Source of the DNA: Octopus sinensis
Lineage: Eukaryota
Direction: 5' to 3'
Length of the DNA stretch: 64,000 nucleotides
Assembly (NCBI RefSeq): GCF_006345805.1
Contig: NW_021833294.1
Location: 12,352-76,351 of the forward strand
Made by a program: the position numbers and the translations under genes. The notes beneath the pieces are model-generated. The model had not been told where the DNA came from and searched no databases. It worked only from the letters and a program-made list of their open reading frames with translations. Shown here piece by piece: positions 36,493-50,384 of the stretch. Every line of letters starts with the position of its first letter. Within the stretch, counting starts at the first letter, position 1.

Positions 36493-38009
36493 TACAGCCA
36501 TATACATACACATCTATATATACACATCTATATATATACATCTATATATATACATCTATATGTATACATCTATATATATATATATAATATATATACACAT
36601 ATAAATTTGAATTTAAAATAATAAGGGTGAAAAATTGAATATTAATTTGATTAATATGAATTGAAAACCAGCGGTGTAGCATATAAGACCATAGCGGATC
36701 TTCTAGCAAAATAGATGTCCACTCTTAATGGTTCGTCATCATCATCATCGTTTAACGTCCGCTTTCCATGTTAGCATGGGTTGGACGGTTCAACTGGGGT
36801 CTGGGAAGCCAGAAGGCTGCACCAGGCCCAGTCTGATCTGGCAGTGTTTCTACAGCTGGATGCCCTTCCTAACGCCAACCACTCAGTGAGTGTAGTGGGT
36901 GCTTTTTTCATGCCACTGGCATAGAGACCAGGGGAGGACGGTAGACTGCCATACATCATCATCATCGTTTAACATCCAATTTCCATGCTAGCGTGGGTCG
37001 GAGGGTTCAACTGGGGTCTGGGAAGCCAGGAGGCTGCATCTGGCTCCAGTCTCATCTGGCAGTGTTTCTACAGCTGGATGCCCTTCCTAACGCCAACCAC
37101 TCCGTGAGTGTAGTGGGTGCTTTTTACAAGCCACCGGTACAGGTGCCAGACGAGGCTGGCAAACAGCCACGATCAGATGGTGCTTTTTACATGCCACTGG
37201 CACGGAAGCCATTCAGGGCGGCACTGGCTACAGCCACGTTCCGATTGTTCTCTTACGTGCCACCGGCACTGGTATCACAGCTACAAATTCCACTGATGTT
37301 GATAGATTACAATTTTGATTTTCACTTGCCTCAACAGGTCTTCACAAGTGGAGTTTTGTGTCCCAAGAAGGAAAGGAATGCATAAGTGGGCTGGCTATAT
37401 CCTAGGTAGAGGCCACGGGATTATGGCCTCACTTATCCTGCCGGGTCTTCTCACGCACAGCATAATTCCAATGGTCTCGGCCTCTAGTCATTTCCTCGGT
37501 GAGACCTAAAGTTCAAAGGTCATGCTTCACCACCTCGTCCCAGGTTTTCCTGGGTCTACCTCTTCCACAGGTTCCCTCAACTGCTAGGGTGTGGCACTTT
37601 TTCACACAACTACCTTCATCCATTCTCACCACATGACCATACCAGCGCAAACGTCTCTCTTGCACACCACAACTGATGCTTCTTAGGTCCAACTTTTCTC
37701 TCAAAGTACACTCTGTCGAGTTATATAATAGTTTCACTTTAATAGTTTCAATATTAAACTGAAAGCATCTGACATTACAATAGAGATGTTTTTGTTTCAC
37801 TTTTAACACGTAATACTGAAATAGTGGAGAAGATATGATATTGCTGTGGGCTCGCCCTAGGCATGAACTTAAAAACTTTTTTTTGCCCATGACACTACAT
37901 GGACCCCAAGTAACGCATGTATAAAATTGAATGAAATTGGTCGTGTAGTTCTCAAGTTTTAGTGATTCACACAGACAGACAGACATACATTCTCAGTTTT
38001 ATATATAGA
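36490..38009 (-). mobile_element. Helitron family A copy interrupted by an RTE insertion (36736-37718)
   Basis: 36615-36735 and 37720-38009 together are colinear with 14197-14570; 5' TC at 38009-38008. Confidence 0.78.
36736..37718 (-). mobile_element. Short 5'-truncated RTE (C-terminus and 3' UTR) containing a 218-bp permuted duplication
   Basis: LRWYGHVVRM..GRPRKTWDEVVKHDL; two (ATC)n tails, at 36736 and 36953. Confidence 0.85.
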
Positions 38010-38079
38010 CTAGCTGAAGGTGACCCGGTCTACGCGCGGGTAAGAGTGTGGTTGTTACTTTCTGTTGCTTCCTTTCAGC

Positions 38080-38370
38080 ACATAAAAAGCACCATCCGAA
38101 CGTGGCCGATTGCAGCGCCACCTTGACTGGCACCAACCGATCGTTGCCGCTGCGAGCCCCCCTGGCACCAGTGCCGGCGGCACGAAAAAAGCACCCACTA
38201 CACTCACAGAGTGGTTGGCGTTAGGAAGGTCATCCACCTGTAGAAACACTGCCAGATCAGACTGGAGCCTGGTGCAGCCTCCTGGCTTCCCAGACCCCAG
38301 TCAAACTGTCCAACACGTGCTAGTACAGAAAATGGACGTTAAACGATGATGATGATGATGATGATGATGA
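38080..38370 (+). mobile_element. RTE 3' UTR fragment with (GAT)n tail
   Basis: GAGTGGTTGGCGTTAGGAAGG..GGACGTTAAACGATGATGAT. Confidence 0.75.
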
Positions 38371-39239
38371 TTCTCCCTCTTTGTTTCTCTCTCCTTTCTC
38401 TCTCACTTTCCCCACTCTCTTACTCTTCCCTTCTCTCGGACTCTCCCTCGCTTTCTCTTACTCTCTATCTTTATCTATCTCTCTCCCATTTATAAACAAC
38501 AAAAGATCTTGAGTAAGTTGAGAAATAAAATATTTAGAAAGATCAATCATAAATATCAGGCAGTGGCAACGGAAAGGTCTGCTTCAAGGCAGACAGCAAA
38601 ACGCTAACATTTAAAAAGGACAGACGAACTTGCTAGCTGAATAAAAATAATAAAATATTGGAAACCAAAGTTTGAAGGGATAGAATCTGAGGATAGTAGA
38701 GTCACCATGGCTGGCATTTCTTAACGATGGACAGCAATGTATTGACAGTTTAACGGCTGGCGTAAAATTTTGAACTTGATGTAAAAGAAAATTCATAAAC
38801 ACCAAGTTTTGAAGTGATTCTTTCTCACGACAGTAGACTCACGATGGCAAGCATTCAAAACTTCTTCATCATGGACGGCAACACATTGACGATTAAAAGG
38901 CTGGCGCAAATTTTTTAGCTTGATGTAACAGAGAATTGCTAAACACCCGCTCCTTTAAATTTTAATCCCCTTCCAGCCCCATTTAAACCCCTTTTCACAT
39001 TTTGGTTAATATAACCCGATTTCATTCGGGTCTACTGGGGCCACAATTTATAAGATGAGGAATTTTGTCCTAGAGGTCACGCCTTTCATTTGAGGAAAAA
39101 AATAGTTGTCATGCAAACTTGCCAGCACTTTTAACATAGGTGTGCATATTTTCAGCTGAATCGACCGACCACATAATGCACACATTATATATATATATGT
39201 ATATATGTGTGTGTGTGTGTGCACGCATTATATATACAA

Positions 39240-39271
<32 letters not shown>

Positions 39272-39699
39272 CATTAAATTAGAGATAAAACCACTAATAG
39301 GCAAATGAAACTGAAAAACCAAAAACATAAAAATAAAAATATAATATATAAAATATATAAAATATAAAATTGAAAAATTTAAATTATTTAAATTTAAAAT
39401 AAAAATTATTAAATTATATTTATAATTTGTTTAAAAATATATATAACTATGAAAAAGTATTAAAAAGTTTAATATACATAAATACAGATATATACACTTT
39501 GTATATATACATTATATATACATATTTATATATAGAACACACATATATAAATGAACGCAAGGAATATCTGATTCATAATATTTGTTCTCATGATTGTGTG
39601 TTGTTGGTGGCAATGATAATTATCTCTATGAATGCAGACAGTGAGATAAAGAACACCGTTTGACGAACTTATAAAGGGAAAGTGAAGGGGAGTTAGAGG

Positions 39700-39940
39700 G
39701 GAATGGAGGAAATAGCGTGAGTGAGGAAGACAGATACATAAAAGAATGTGAGTGGACTTGTCAAAGTGGAGTTTGGCCCTAGCAACGACACCTTTTAAGA
39801 TAGGGATTTCTAAGGTAGCCCACGGGCATCGTCACCTCATTTTACATGTCCCTGTAAATTTTGGTGTCAATCCGACGGGTTGTAGTGGCCTTGAAAGTGA
39901 TCCAAGCGGTCCAAAAGCATTTCAGTTTTATATATAGAGA
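39700..39940 (-). mobile_element. Probable Helitron 5' end
   Basis: Minus strand starts A|TCTCTATATATAAAACTGA, as in family A. Confidence 0.45.
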
Positions 39941-39959
39941 TATATGGCTTTGTTTAACA

Positions 39960-40260
39960 CCATTTCAACACATACTCTCAATTCTATCATGAAAACATCT
40001 AAGCAGAGGAACACACTTAACAGGACACTGAAGATTCAGAACATTCCATAAAGCACTTCTATTTACAGGATCAAAAGTCTTCTTCAGATCAACAGAGACT
40101 TCATACAAGTCCAGCTTCTGTTCAATGCATTTCTCTTGAAGTTGCCTGACAGGATGCAAAACAAAAATCCTATCCAATATCACTCTGCCACTTCTGAAAC
40201 TATACTGAGACTCCAGAAGAAGCTTCTCAGCAATGTTGCTGGGAAGTCAATCCAGAATGA
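39960..40260 (-). mobile_element. BovB-like RTE RT fragment
   Basis: RQLQEKCIEQKLDLY..VDLKKTFDPVNRSALW. Confidence 0.7.
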
Positions 40261-40722
40261 CACAAAACCTTGCTTATAAGAGAAAGAGAAGATAATTACT
40301 GTGGTGTATGTTTATATTTATGTACATCTAAGTATATCATCATCATCATCATCATAACATCTGTTTTCCATGCTGGCATATGTTGGAAAGTTTGACAGGA
40401 ACTGACAAGGCTAGAAGCCACAACAATGTTCACTGTCTGTTTTGGTATGGTTTCTGCAGCTTGATGGCTTTTCTGATGCCAACCACTTTACAGATTGTAT
40501 TGGTGATTTTATGTGGCACCAGCGCCAGTGCTTTTTACATGGCAACAGCATTAACAGGGTCAACAAGTACCTTGCAACACAAAATACCCTACCAACTGGG
40601 AGAGTGTAGCTTTGTAGCAGTTGTGAGATTTAAAGTACAGAGGGGACAGATATAGGTGTATTACTGTTGTAGGAATTACATGGATATGCCATGTCTTGCT
40701 GCAGAGGAGTTACATGGATATA

Positions 40723-43148
40723 CATACATCATCATCATCGTTTAACATCCAATTTCCATGCTAGCGTGGGTCGGAGGGTTCAACTGGGGTCTGGGAAGCC
40801 AGGAGGCTGCATATGGCAGTGTTTCTACAGCTGGATGCCCTTCCTAACGCCAACCACTCAGTGAGTGTAGTGGGTGCTTTTTACATGCCACTGGCATAGA
40901 GACCAGGGGAGGACGGTAGACTGCCATGATTGGTTGGTGCTTTTTACGTGTCACCAGCACGGACGCCAGTCAAGGCGGCGCTGGCATCGGCCACGTTCGG
41001 ATGGTGCTTTTTACATGCTACTGGTACAGGTATCACTTCTACAATTTCCATTGATTTTTATTTTGATGTAGATGTACTTAACTCAATAGGTCTCAAGCAC
41101 AGCAGGTCCTCAAGCACAAGGTAAGCATAGTAGGCCATCCTCCGAACCATAAACTACCTTTATTTGTTGGGTTTTCGCAGTCACAGCATATCTCAGGGGT
41201 CACGGTCATTCGTCATTGCCTCTGTGAGGCCCAACATGCCACCGCCATGGGTATCACAACTACAATATCCATTTGATTTTTATTTTGATGTTGATGTATT
41301 TGACTCAATAGGTCTCCTCAAGCACAGCAGGCCATCCTGCGAGCCATGAACTCACTTCATTTGTCGAGTCTTCTCAGTCACAGCATATCTCCAGAGGTCT
41401 CGGTCTATTGTCATGGCCTCTGTGAGGCCCAACGTTCAAAGGTCATGCTTGACCACCTCATCCCATGTCTTCCTGGGTCTACCTCTACCCTGGATTCCTT
41501 CAACAGTTTGGGGGTGGCACTTCCTCACACATCTCTCCGCACCCATCTGTAGTACATGACCATACCAACAGAAATGCCTCTCCTGCATGCCACATCCGAT
41601 GCTTCTTATGTTCAACATTTCTCTCAGGGCACTTACACTGTCGTGCATGCACACTGACATTACACATCCAGTGGATCATGGTAGCTTCATTTCTTTCGAG
41701 CCTACGCATATCCTCCGCAGTCACGGCCCACGTTTCACTGCCATGTAGCATTGCAGTTCACATACATGCGTCGTACAATCTACCTTTCACTCTGAGCGAG
41801 AGACCCTCTGTCGCCAGTAGGGGAAGAAGGTTTCTAAACTTTGGCCAGGCTATTCTTATTCTAGTGGTAACACTCTCTGAGCATCCACCCCCACAACTAA
41901 CTTGGTCACCTAGGTAGCAGAAAACTATCAACTACTTCTAGTTTCTCCTCCTGGAATGTGATCAAATCTGTTTTCTGAGTATCTGTGGTGTCTATTGGCC
42001 TGTGCATCTGCTGCACACGAAAGCTATCTTCTCGATAAATTTTCCTTTGATGTTGTTGCACCTCTTATGTGTCCATAGCTTACATTGGGTACATCTTATG
42101 GAGTTTCTACCTACACCTTTTCTACAGATCGAGCAAGGCCACCTGAGGCGGTGTATGATGTGTTCGCCTTCCTACTTACTAGAACTTTGGTCTTTGCTGC
42201 ATTGATTCTAAGGCCTTTTGTTTCCAAACTTAGCTTCTACACACAAAATTTCTTTTCTAGTTCCGGTAGTGATTTTGTTGTGAGGGCCAGGTCATCAGCA
42301 TAGAGGAGCTCCCAGGGGCAACCCGTCTTGAATTCCTCTGTTATTGCCTGAAGGACTATGATGATTAAAAGGGGACTGAGGGCTGAACCATGGTGGACCC
42401 CTACTTTTACCCAGAATTCTTCACTATACTCATTGACAATCCTAATACAGCCCTTATTAACCATTCGTCAATCTCCAGTTTCCGCATCGCCCACCAGATA
42501 AGGGATTGGGGCACCCTGTCAAAGGCTTTCTCCAAGTCCACAAAAGCTAAGTATAGGGGTTTATCTTTAGCTAGGTATTTCTCCTGCAGTTGTCGAACCA
42601 GGAATATAGCATCAGTGGTGCTTCTACCCAGCACAAAACTGAACTGCAACTCATCTAAGCAGACTCTCTCTCTGATGAGATAGACTATGACCCTCTGATG
42701 AGATGGACTTGCACCAATCACACACTTGGTCTGTAGCACTCAGCAAGCTGTCCTGTAGGAATTTCCAGCTACCTTCTATGTCCGATGTTTGTAGCTCCTC
42801 CTCCCTCTCCTCAACTTTCTTGATGAGGATGTCTCTAAATCTCTGACCATGTGAAGGGTTCTTTAGCTTCCAAATCCTTCTTTTTTGGATTGGTCTACTT
42901 CTTGGTATCCTTCTGGCCTTGAGCATAAAGTCACTAATGATTAGCCTATGCTGGGGTGTACATTCTTCACCTGGGAGGATCTTTGTATTTAAGAGCAACC
43001 CTGCGTCCCGTTGTCTAGTGAGGATGAAATCAATCTGGCTAGCAGAGTCCCCTCATTGATAGGTTATAAGGTGGTTGTCTGGCTTCCTGAAGTGAGTGTT
43101 GTAGATTAAAAGTTTACATGCATCACAGAACTCCAGTAGCCTGGTTTC
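40723..43148 (-). mobile_element. Degraded RTE LINE with an internal deletion near 42700
   Basis: (ATC)n tail at 40723; WELLYADDL; RQLQEKYLAKDK; APE remnants at 42740-43148. Confidence 0.87.
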
Positions 43149-43449
43149 CTCATATATATATATATATGTGTGTGTGTGTGTATTTATATAGTTCACAGAT
43201 GAGATCCAGATATTCTCCATAGAGAAAACACTTAACAGTGCTCAAAAGATTCAGACTTAGACTCTGATGTCTTTACAGGGGATCATTTCACAATGTAAAG
43301 AAAGGCTATAAGAGGGATCCGGTTAAGCAGGTATAGAATCAATTATGGGGATAAATAAATTGGACACATCAAATATATTAAATACATCAAATAAGAAATA
43401 TGTATACATATAAAACAAGAGAAAGTGTGTGTGTGTATGTGTGTAAGTA

Positions 43450-44180
43450 GTTTTCTGTGAGTTGAGGACTTTCTGTGATTCACTTTGAATCTCAACAACA
43501 GTGTTAAAACAGCGACCTTTGAGCTGCATTTTCATCTTGGGAAAGAGGTGCGAATCTGGAGCTAAATCTGGCAAATAGGGTAGGTACAGAAGAGATACCA
43601 TATTGCTTTATGAGAAACTCATGTGCGAGGAGAGTTCAGTGACTGTGTGCATTGTTGGCATAAAGAATCCAGTTCTTCATGCTCCACAGATATGGTCACT
43701 TCCACTGAATGTCCTCCATCAAATGCTTCAAAACATCATGGTAGAACTCTCAACTGACCATCTGGTCTTGGGGAACAAATTATCAATGCACAATAGCACT
43801 TTTTTGGAGGTGACACTTGTGGAAGATCTTCCAGATCACTCATCATCTTCCAGGGAAGTTCTTCTACTTTTGAAGTGCCCATACCACAAGAAACATTGTA
43901 TACAACCCTTTGCATCATCACCATAAGCTTGCAGAAGCATGCTCAATGTCTCTGAAACAGGCTTACCAAGTTTAACACAAAATATCCCATTGGCTCTTTG
44001 TTATTGTCCATGGCAAAATTGCAGACTACAGCATACACATGATTACAAAAAAACATATTTCACAACTTGTGAAGTAATCACATCTATATCACTCAGCACT
44101 CTGCCTTGTGAAGGCCATTGCTAGCTCTCACTTTATACACAAACTGTGCACTGCCATCTGTTGGCAGGTTATGAATTTAT
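43450..44180 (-). mobile_element. Mariner transposase relic
   Basis: PYLPDLAPDSHLFPKMKMQLKGRCF; frameshifted EDDE.SGR-like motif near 43830. Confidence 0.7.
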
Positions 44181-44384
44181 GGCTGATTCAGCAAAATACT
44201 AATGTACAAATTATAAAAGGTAGCTATACACAATATAAAACCGTAAAGCAAAAATTTGATTGTCACCTATTGTGACTGAGGGTGCCAGGTAGCACCTATA
44301 TTGTAAGAAATAAGAGTTAAAAACCTTTAGAGCTATGTTGGAACAGAAGCGAGGCCCCATTTTACAAGGGAAATCTAAGACTAG

Positions 44385-45310
44385 CTTCACTTCAGAATTA
44401 CAGTATGCTGATGTCCTTGCTCTCATAACAGAATCTGTAGCAAAGTTGGAAAAGAATTCCTGGTGTGAAAGAAAACCCTGGAACTGAGTAACCTTAAAGT
44501 TAATTTAGGAAAGACCAAGGTTCTAGAAAATAAGAATATAGATAAGACTCTACTCATTTCAGGTAAATGGCTATACTCAATATGAAGGAAAGGTTTAGGC
44601 AGAAATTCCATACAGTATACCCAGTGAAAGCAATGGATAAACAAGAGATGCAGTGGAATCACAGGAAGGTTAATGGAGAGAGAAGTGTTTCTACATAGAA
44701 AATGCATAGGAGCCATGAGGTCTACAGATACATGGGAAATTGATTTATTGACATGCCCAAAGGCTCCCTAGAGGTAGAAGATAATTTCTGCTATCTAAGT
44801 GACTGATTAGCAGTGGAGGAAGATGTTCTGAAAGTGTAGTTGATGGAATAAGAAGAGGATGGAAGAAATCAGAGAGCTTTTATCTCTGTTGGCAACAAAA
44901 AACTCTCTCTCTCTCTGAGAGAAATGAATGGCAATGCTATAGTGAGACATGCAAGTCTGGAGAGGAATAAAGCTAGTATGCTCCATTGCATGTGCAATAC
45001 CAGTGTGCATATACAAGAAAGTGGTAATCTATTGAGTGGAAAGTTATGTGTAAGAGGAATTACATATAGTGTGCAAGAGAGAAGACTGCATTGATTTGGT
45101 CATGGGATGCTTATGACGAGGACAGTTGCATAAAGAAGTACTGAGCACTTAAAGTGGATGAAACTTGTGGAAGAGGAAGACCGAGAAAGACATGGAATGA
45201 TGTATTGAAGGCTGATCTCAAGATGCTCAGTCTTACAAAGATGACAAAGGACCAAGATGATTGATGGTTTTTGTACTCAAGAAGGCCATCACCACAGTAG
45301 AACTGATATC
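44385..45310 (+). mobile_element. Highly degraded RTE C-terminal fragment
   Basis: QYADVLAL, GRGRPRKTW and other colinear remnants. Confidence 0.65.
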
Positions 45311-46479
45311 CTGAAACCACATTTGTAAAGCTTGGATATGTGGAGCTCTGCCCCAACTCCATTCTCTCCCCTTCATCAATCATTTCCCTAGCCTTGGCTT
45401 CTCTATCTTTTGTATTACTCAGCTGCTGTAATCACCTGAGAGCAGGTTCTACTCTCAGGCACATTCATCCTCTCCCTTTTGGTTATCTTCTTCCTCTTCT
45501 TCCTAGAACCACTTCCATTTCTCACTGTTTTCACCAATCACCGGCTTTTATTGCCTTTAGCCATTGCTCTCTCTCCTCTTTGCTACACTCCATCCTTAAC
45601 ACTTTATTTTCTGTCCTCACTCTTAATGCCTTCACATATCTACCATAGTCTTCATGCCACCCCATCCTGAGCCACTCCTATATCTCCCATGTTCACTTAA
45701 TATGATCACCTGTATCCCATCTCTAACCTTCTCTCCTCACACTGATATGAAATTTGCCCTTCTATTACCCACTGCCGATTCACTGTACCACTTAAGTTAT
45801 ATTTACCCCCCATTGTACCTTGCAGGTATGTCCCAACACATGTCTACCATCATTTCTCTCGCTCTCTCTCTTTCTCTATCTTTCTCCCTAACTCTCTCTC
45901 TCTCTCTCTCTCTCAATCATACTCCCTGTCTCTCTCTTTATCCTTCTGTCTAACTGTCTCACTCTTTAATTCCTTTCTTTTCCAATAGGGTTATCGATAT
46001 ATCTCTTCTTCAGCAAGACACCTATATTTATTACATGATCAAACTTTTTAAGCTCTCATTGACTGGCACAAAGCCACTTCCCTCAGTATTTCTCCTCCGG
46101 GGTCTTTGTCAAGTTACTTAGTGTTTCCTGTGGGGCTGGTGCAATGTAAAAAGCACCCAGAACATTGCATAAAGTGGTTAGTGTTATGAAGGGCATCAAC
46201 CAGTAGAAACCATGCTAAAGCAGACAATAGAGCATGGTACAGTCCTCTGGCATACCAGATCCTGGCAAACTGTCAGACCCATGGATGTTAAAAGTTGATG
46301 ATATACAAATATATACATATACACATACATAAATACACACACGCACACACACATAAATATGCACACACACACACAAATACATACATATATGCACACAGAT
46401 AGAAATACATGCAGACAGACAGACAGATACATACACACAAACACCACACACACACACACAGGTGTTAGAAATGTGTAAA

Positions 46480-48500
<2,021 letters not shown>

Positions 48501-49311
48501 GAAGACCAACCCACCAGAGTACAGATGATGTCCCAAAAGTATTCTGTTTGTACTTGCAACTCATTCTACCCCATCAAGCAATCTTCACATCTTATTCCCT
48601 ATGACCCATTCCTCCATCACTGATCTATCCTTTCTGAGCTACTTCTATTTCTCCCACCTTAATGATATTCCCCCCAAACCCCATCTCCACCTTTGTCTAT
48701 CACTCACTACATTCACCTCTGCCTCCATCTCTAACAATACATTACTTCCCCATTATACTTTTACGAACTTATCCATTCTCCCCTCCCCTTCCAAGACCTA
48801 CTGTCTACATATATCTTATGCTCACCTTCTTGTACCTTAAGAATTTGTCTTCACACTGCATCACTATCTTCTTTTACCACATCCCCAACTGCTCCCATCT
48901 ACCTCTATGTTATGTTGCGTAGCCATATACCTCCACTATAGTAAGACACCTGTGCTTATCCCTCTATCATACTCTAGCCTTTCAACACCTGGTGTAAAGC
49001 AACTACTCCATCTCAAATACTCTCCCCCACCACTTAGTAGCAGGAGCTTTTTCTTTTGCTTTTTTCCTTGTTGTTCTCTTGTCTTGCAAGTCACTTGGTG
49101 ACCACACCAGTGCTGGTGGCATGAAAGAAGTGCACGATACACATTGTAATATCCAACTGTAGAAATCATACCAAAATTAACACTGGAACTTGGCACAGCG
49201 CTGCAATATGCTGGATCATACCCAACCATCCAACCAATGCCAGCATGGAAAATCGATGTTAAATGATCATCATAATCATCACACACACACGCACGCATGC
49301 ACACACACACA

Positions 49312-49960
49312 CAGTGTCTGGGCTAAATTTGACAGTTTGCATGAAACAAAAAGAAAACTCAAAATCCCATCCAAAAATTAAGTATTTAAAAATATTAAGA
49401 AGAATATCGACTACATTATGACTGGGAGATAATTTACTCAAAGTAGTCACCTCTAGCTTCCATCACTGCCCCAAAATAGCTCTGGATAACTTCTTTGATC
49501 TTGGCTACCAGCTTAGCTTTGGTGTTGCAGGCAGAGCAGTTGGTCTCTTTCTCAATCACGTACCATGCATAGTAATCCCTGAGATTACAATTGGGGAAAT
49601 TGGGAGACCTGAAACTGGAGCTTGTGAAGTCACAGGAATTTTCCAAAAACCACTTCTGACTCCTTCTGCAGATACAAGGAACATAATCCTGCTGTCATAC
49701 ATATGGCCTTCCTGCATCAACCTTATCCAGTCAGGGTTTAATTAGTCTACAGCAGCTTCACATAACCATCAGTCTCCAGCAATTGAGCCTAAGGCACACA
49801 AAAAGACCATCACAGTTATTAATTGACTAAACTGAATTTTATTATATCATATTAAGTTACATGTGCCATCATGATTTTAATTCAGTAATCATCACAACTG
49901 TCCAACAAACAGAAATGTGAAACCGTGAAACAGTTTTGTGAAGATTTTTCAGCTTTAATA
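49312..49960 (-). mobile_element. Tc1/mariner-superfamily transposase 3' remnant
   Basis: SPNFPNCNLRDYYAW (SPDLNPLDY-like) and AVMEARGDYFE terminus. Confidence 0.55.
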
Positions 49961-50384
49961 AAAGTATATAATTCTGTCTTAGGTATCTGAGCACTATGTT
50001 TTCCATTTTGTATTTTCCATTAATGTGCTTACTTGTGTGTGTGTATTTTCATATATATGTGTGTGTGTGTGTGTGTATTTTCATATATATATGTGTGTGT
50101 GTGTGTGTGTGTATCATCATCATCATCATCATTTAACGTCTGTTGTCCATGCTGGCATCAGTTGGATAGTATGACTGGGCTAAATGTGTAAATTTTTTTT
50201 TTAATGAAATTTTTTTTTACTCTATTACTTAGCCCGGCTGTAATGCTTTCATGTGATTAGTTGAAAGGAAAGGTGAAGAGTGAAAGGAAAAGGAGAGAGA
50301 AAAAGAGGGTAAGGTAAAAAGTGAGGGAGAAAGAGGGAGTATACTGTGAATTAAGTTTATAAAATTGTGCATGTAGTATATATG

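Noticed and set aside
37513-37986. 157-aa ORF that looks like a novel fusion protein
   Set aside because: Chance read-through from Helitron non-coding sequence into an RTE C-terminal fragment
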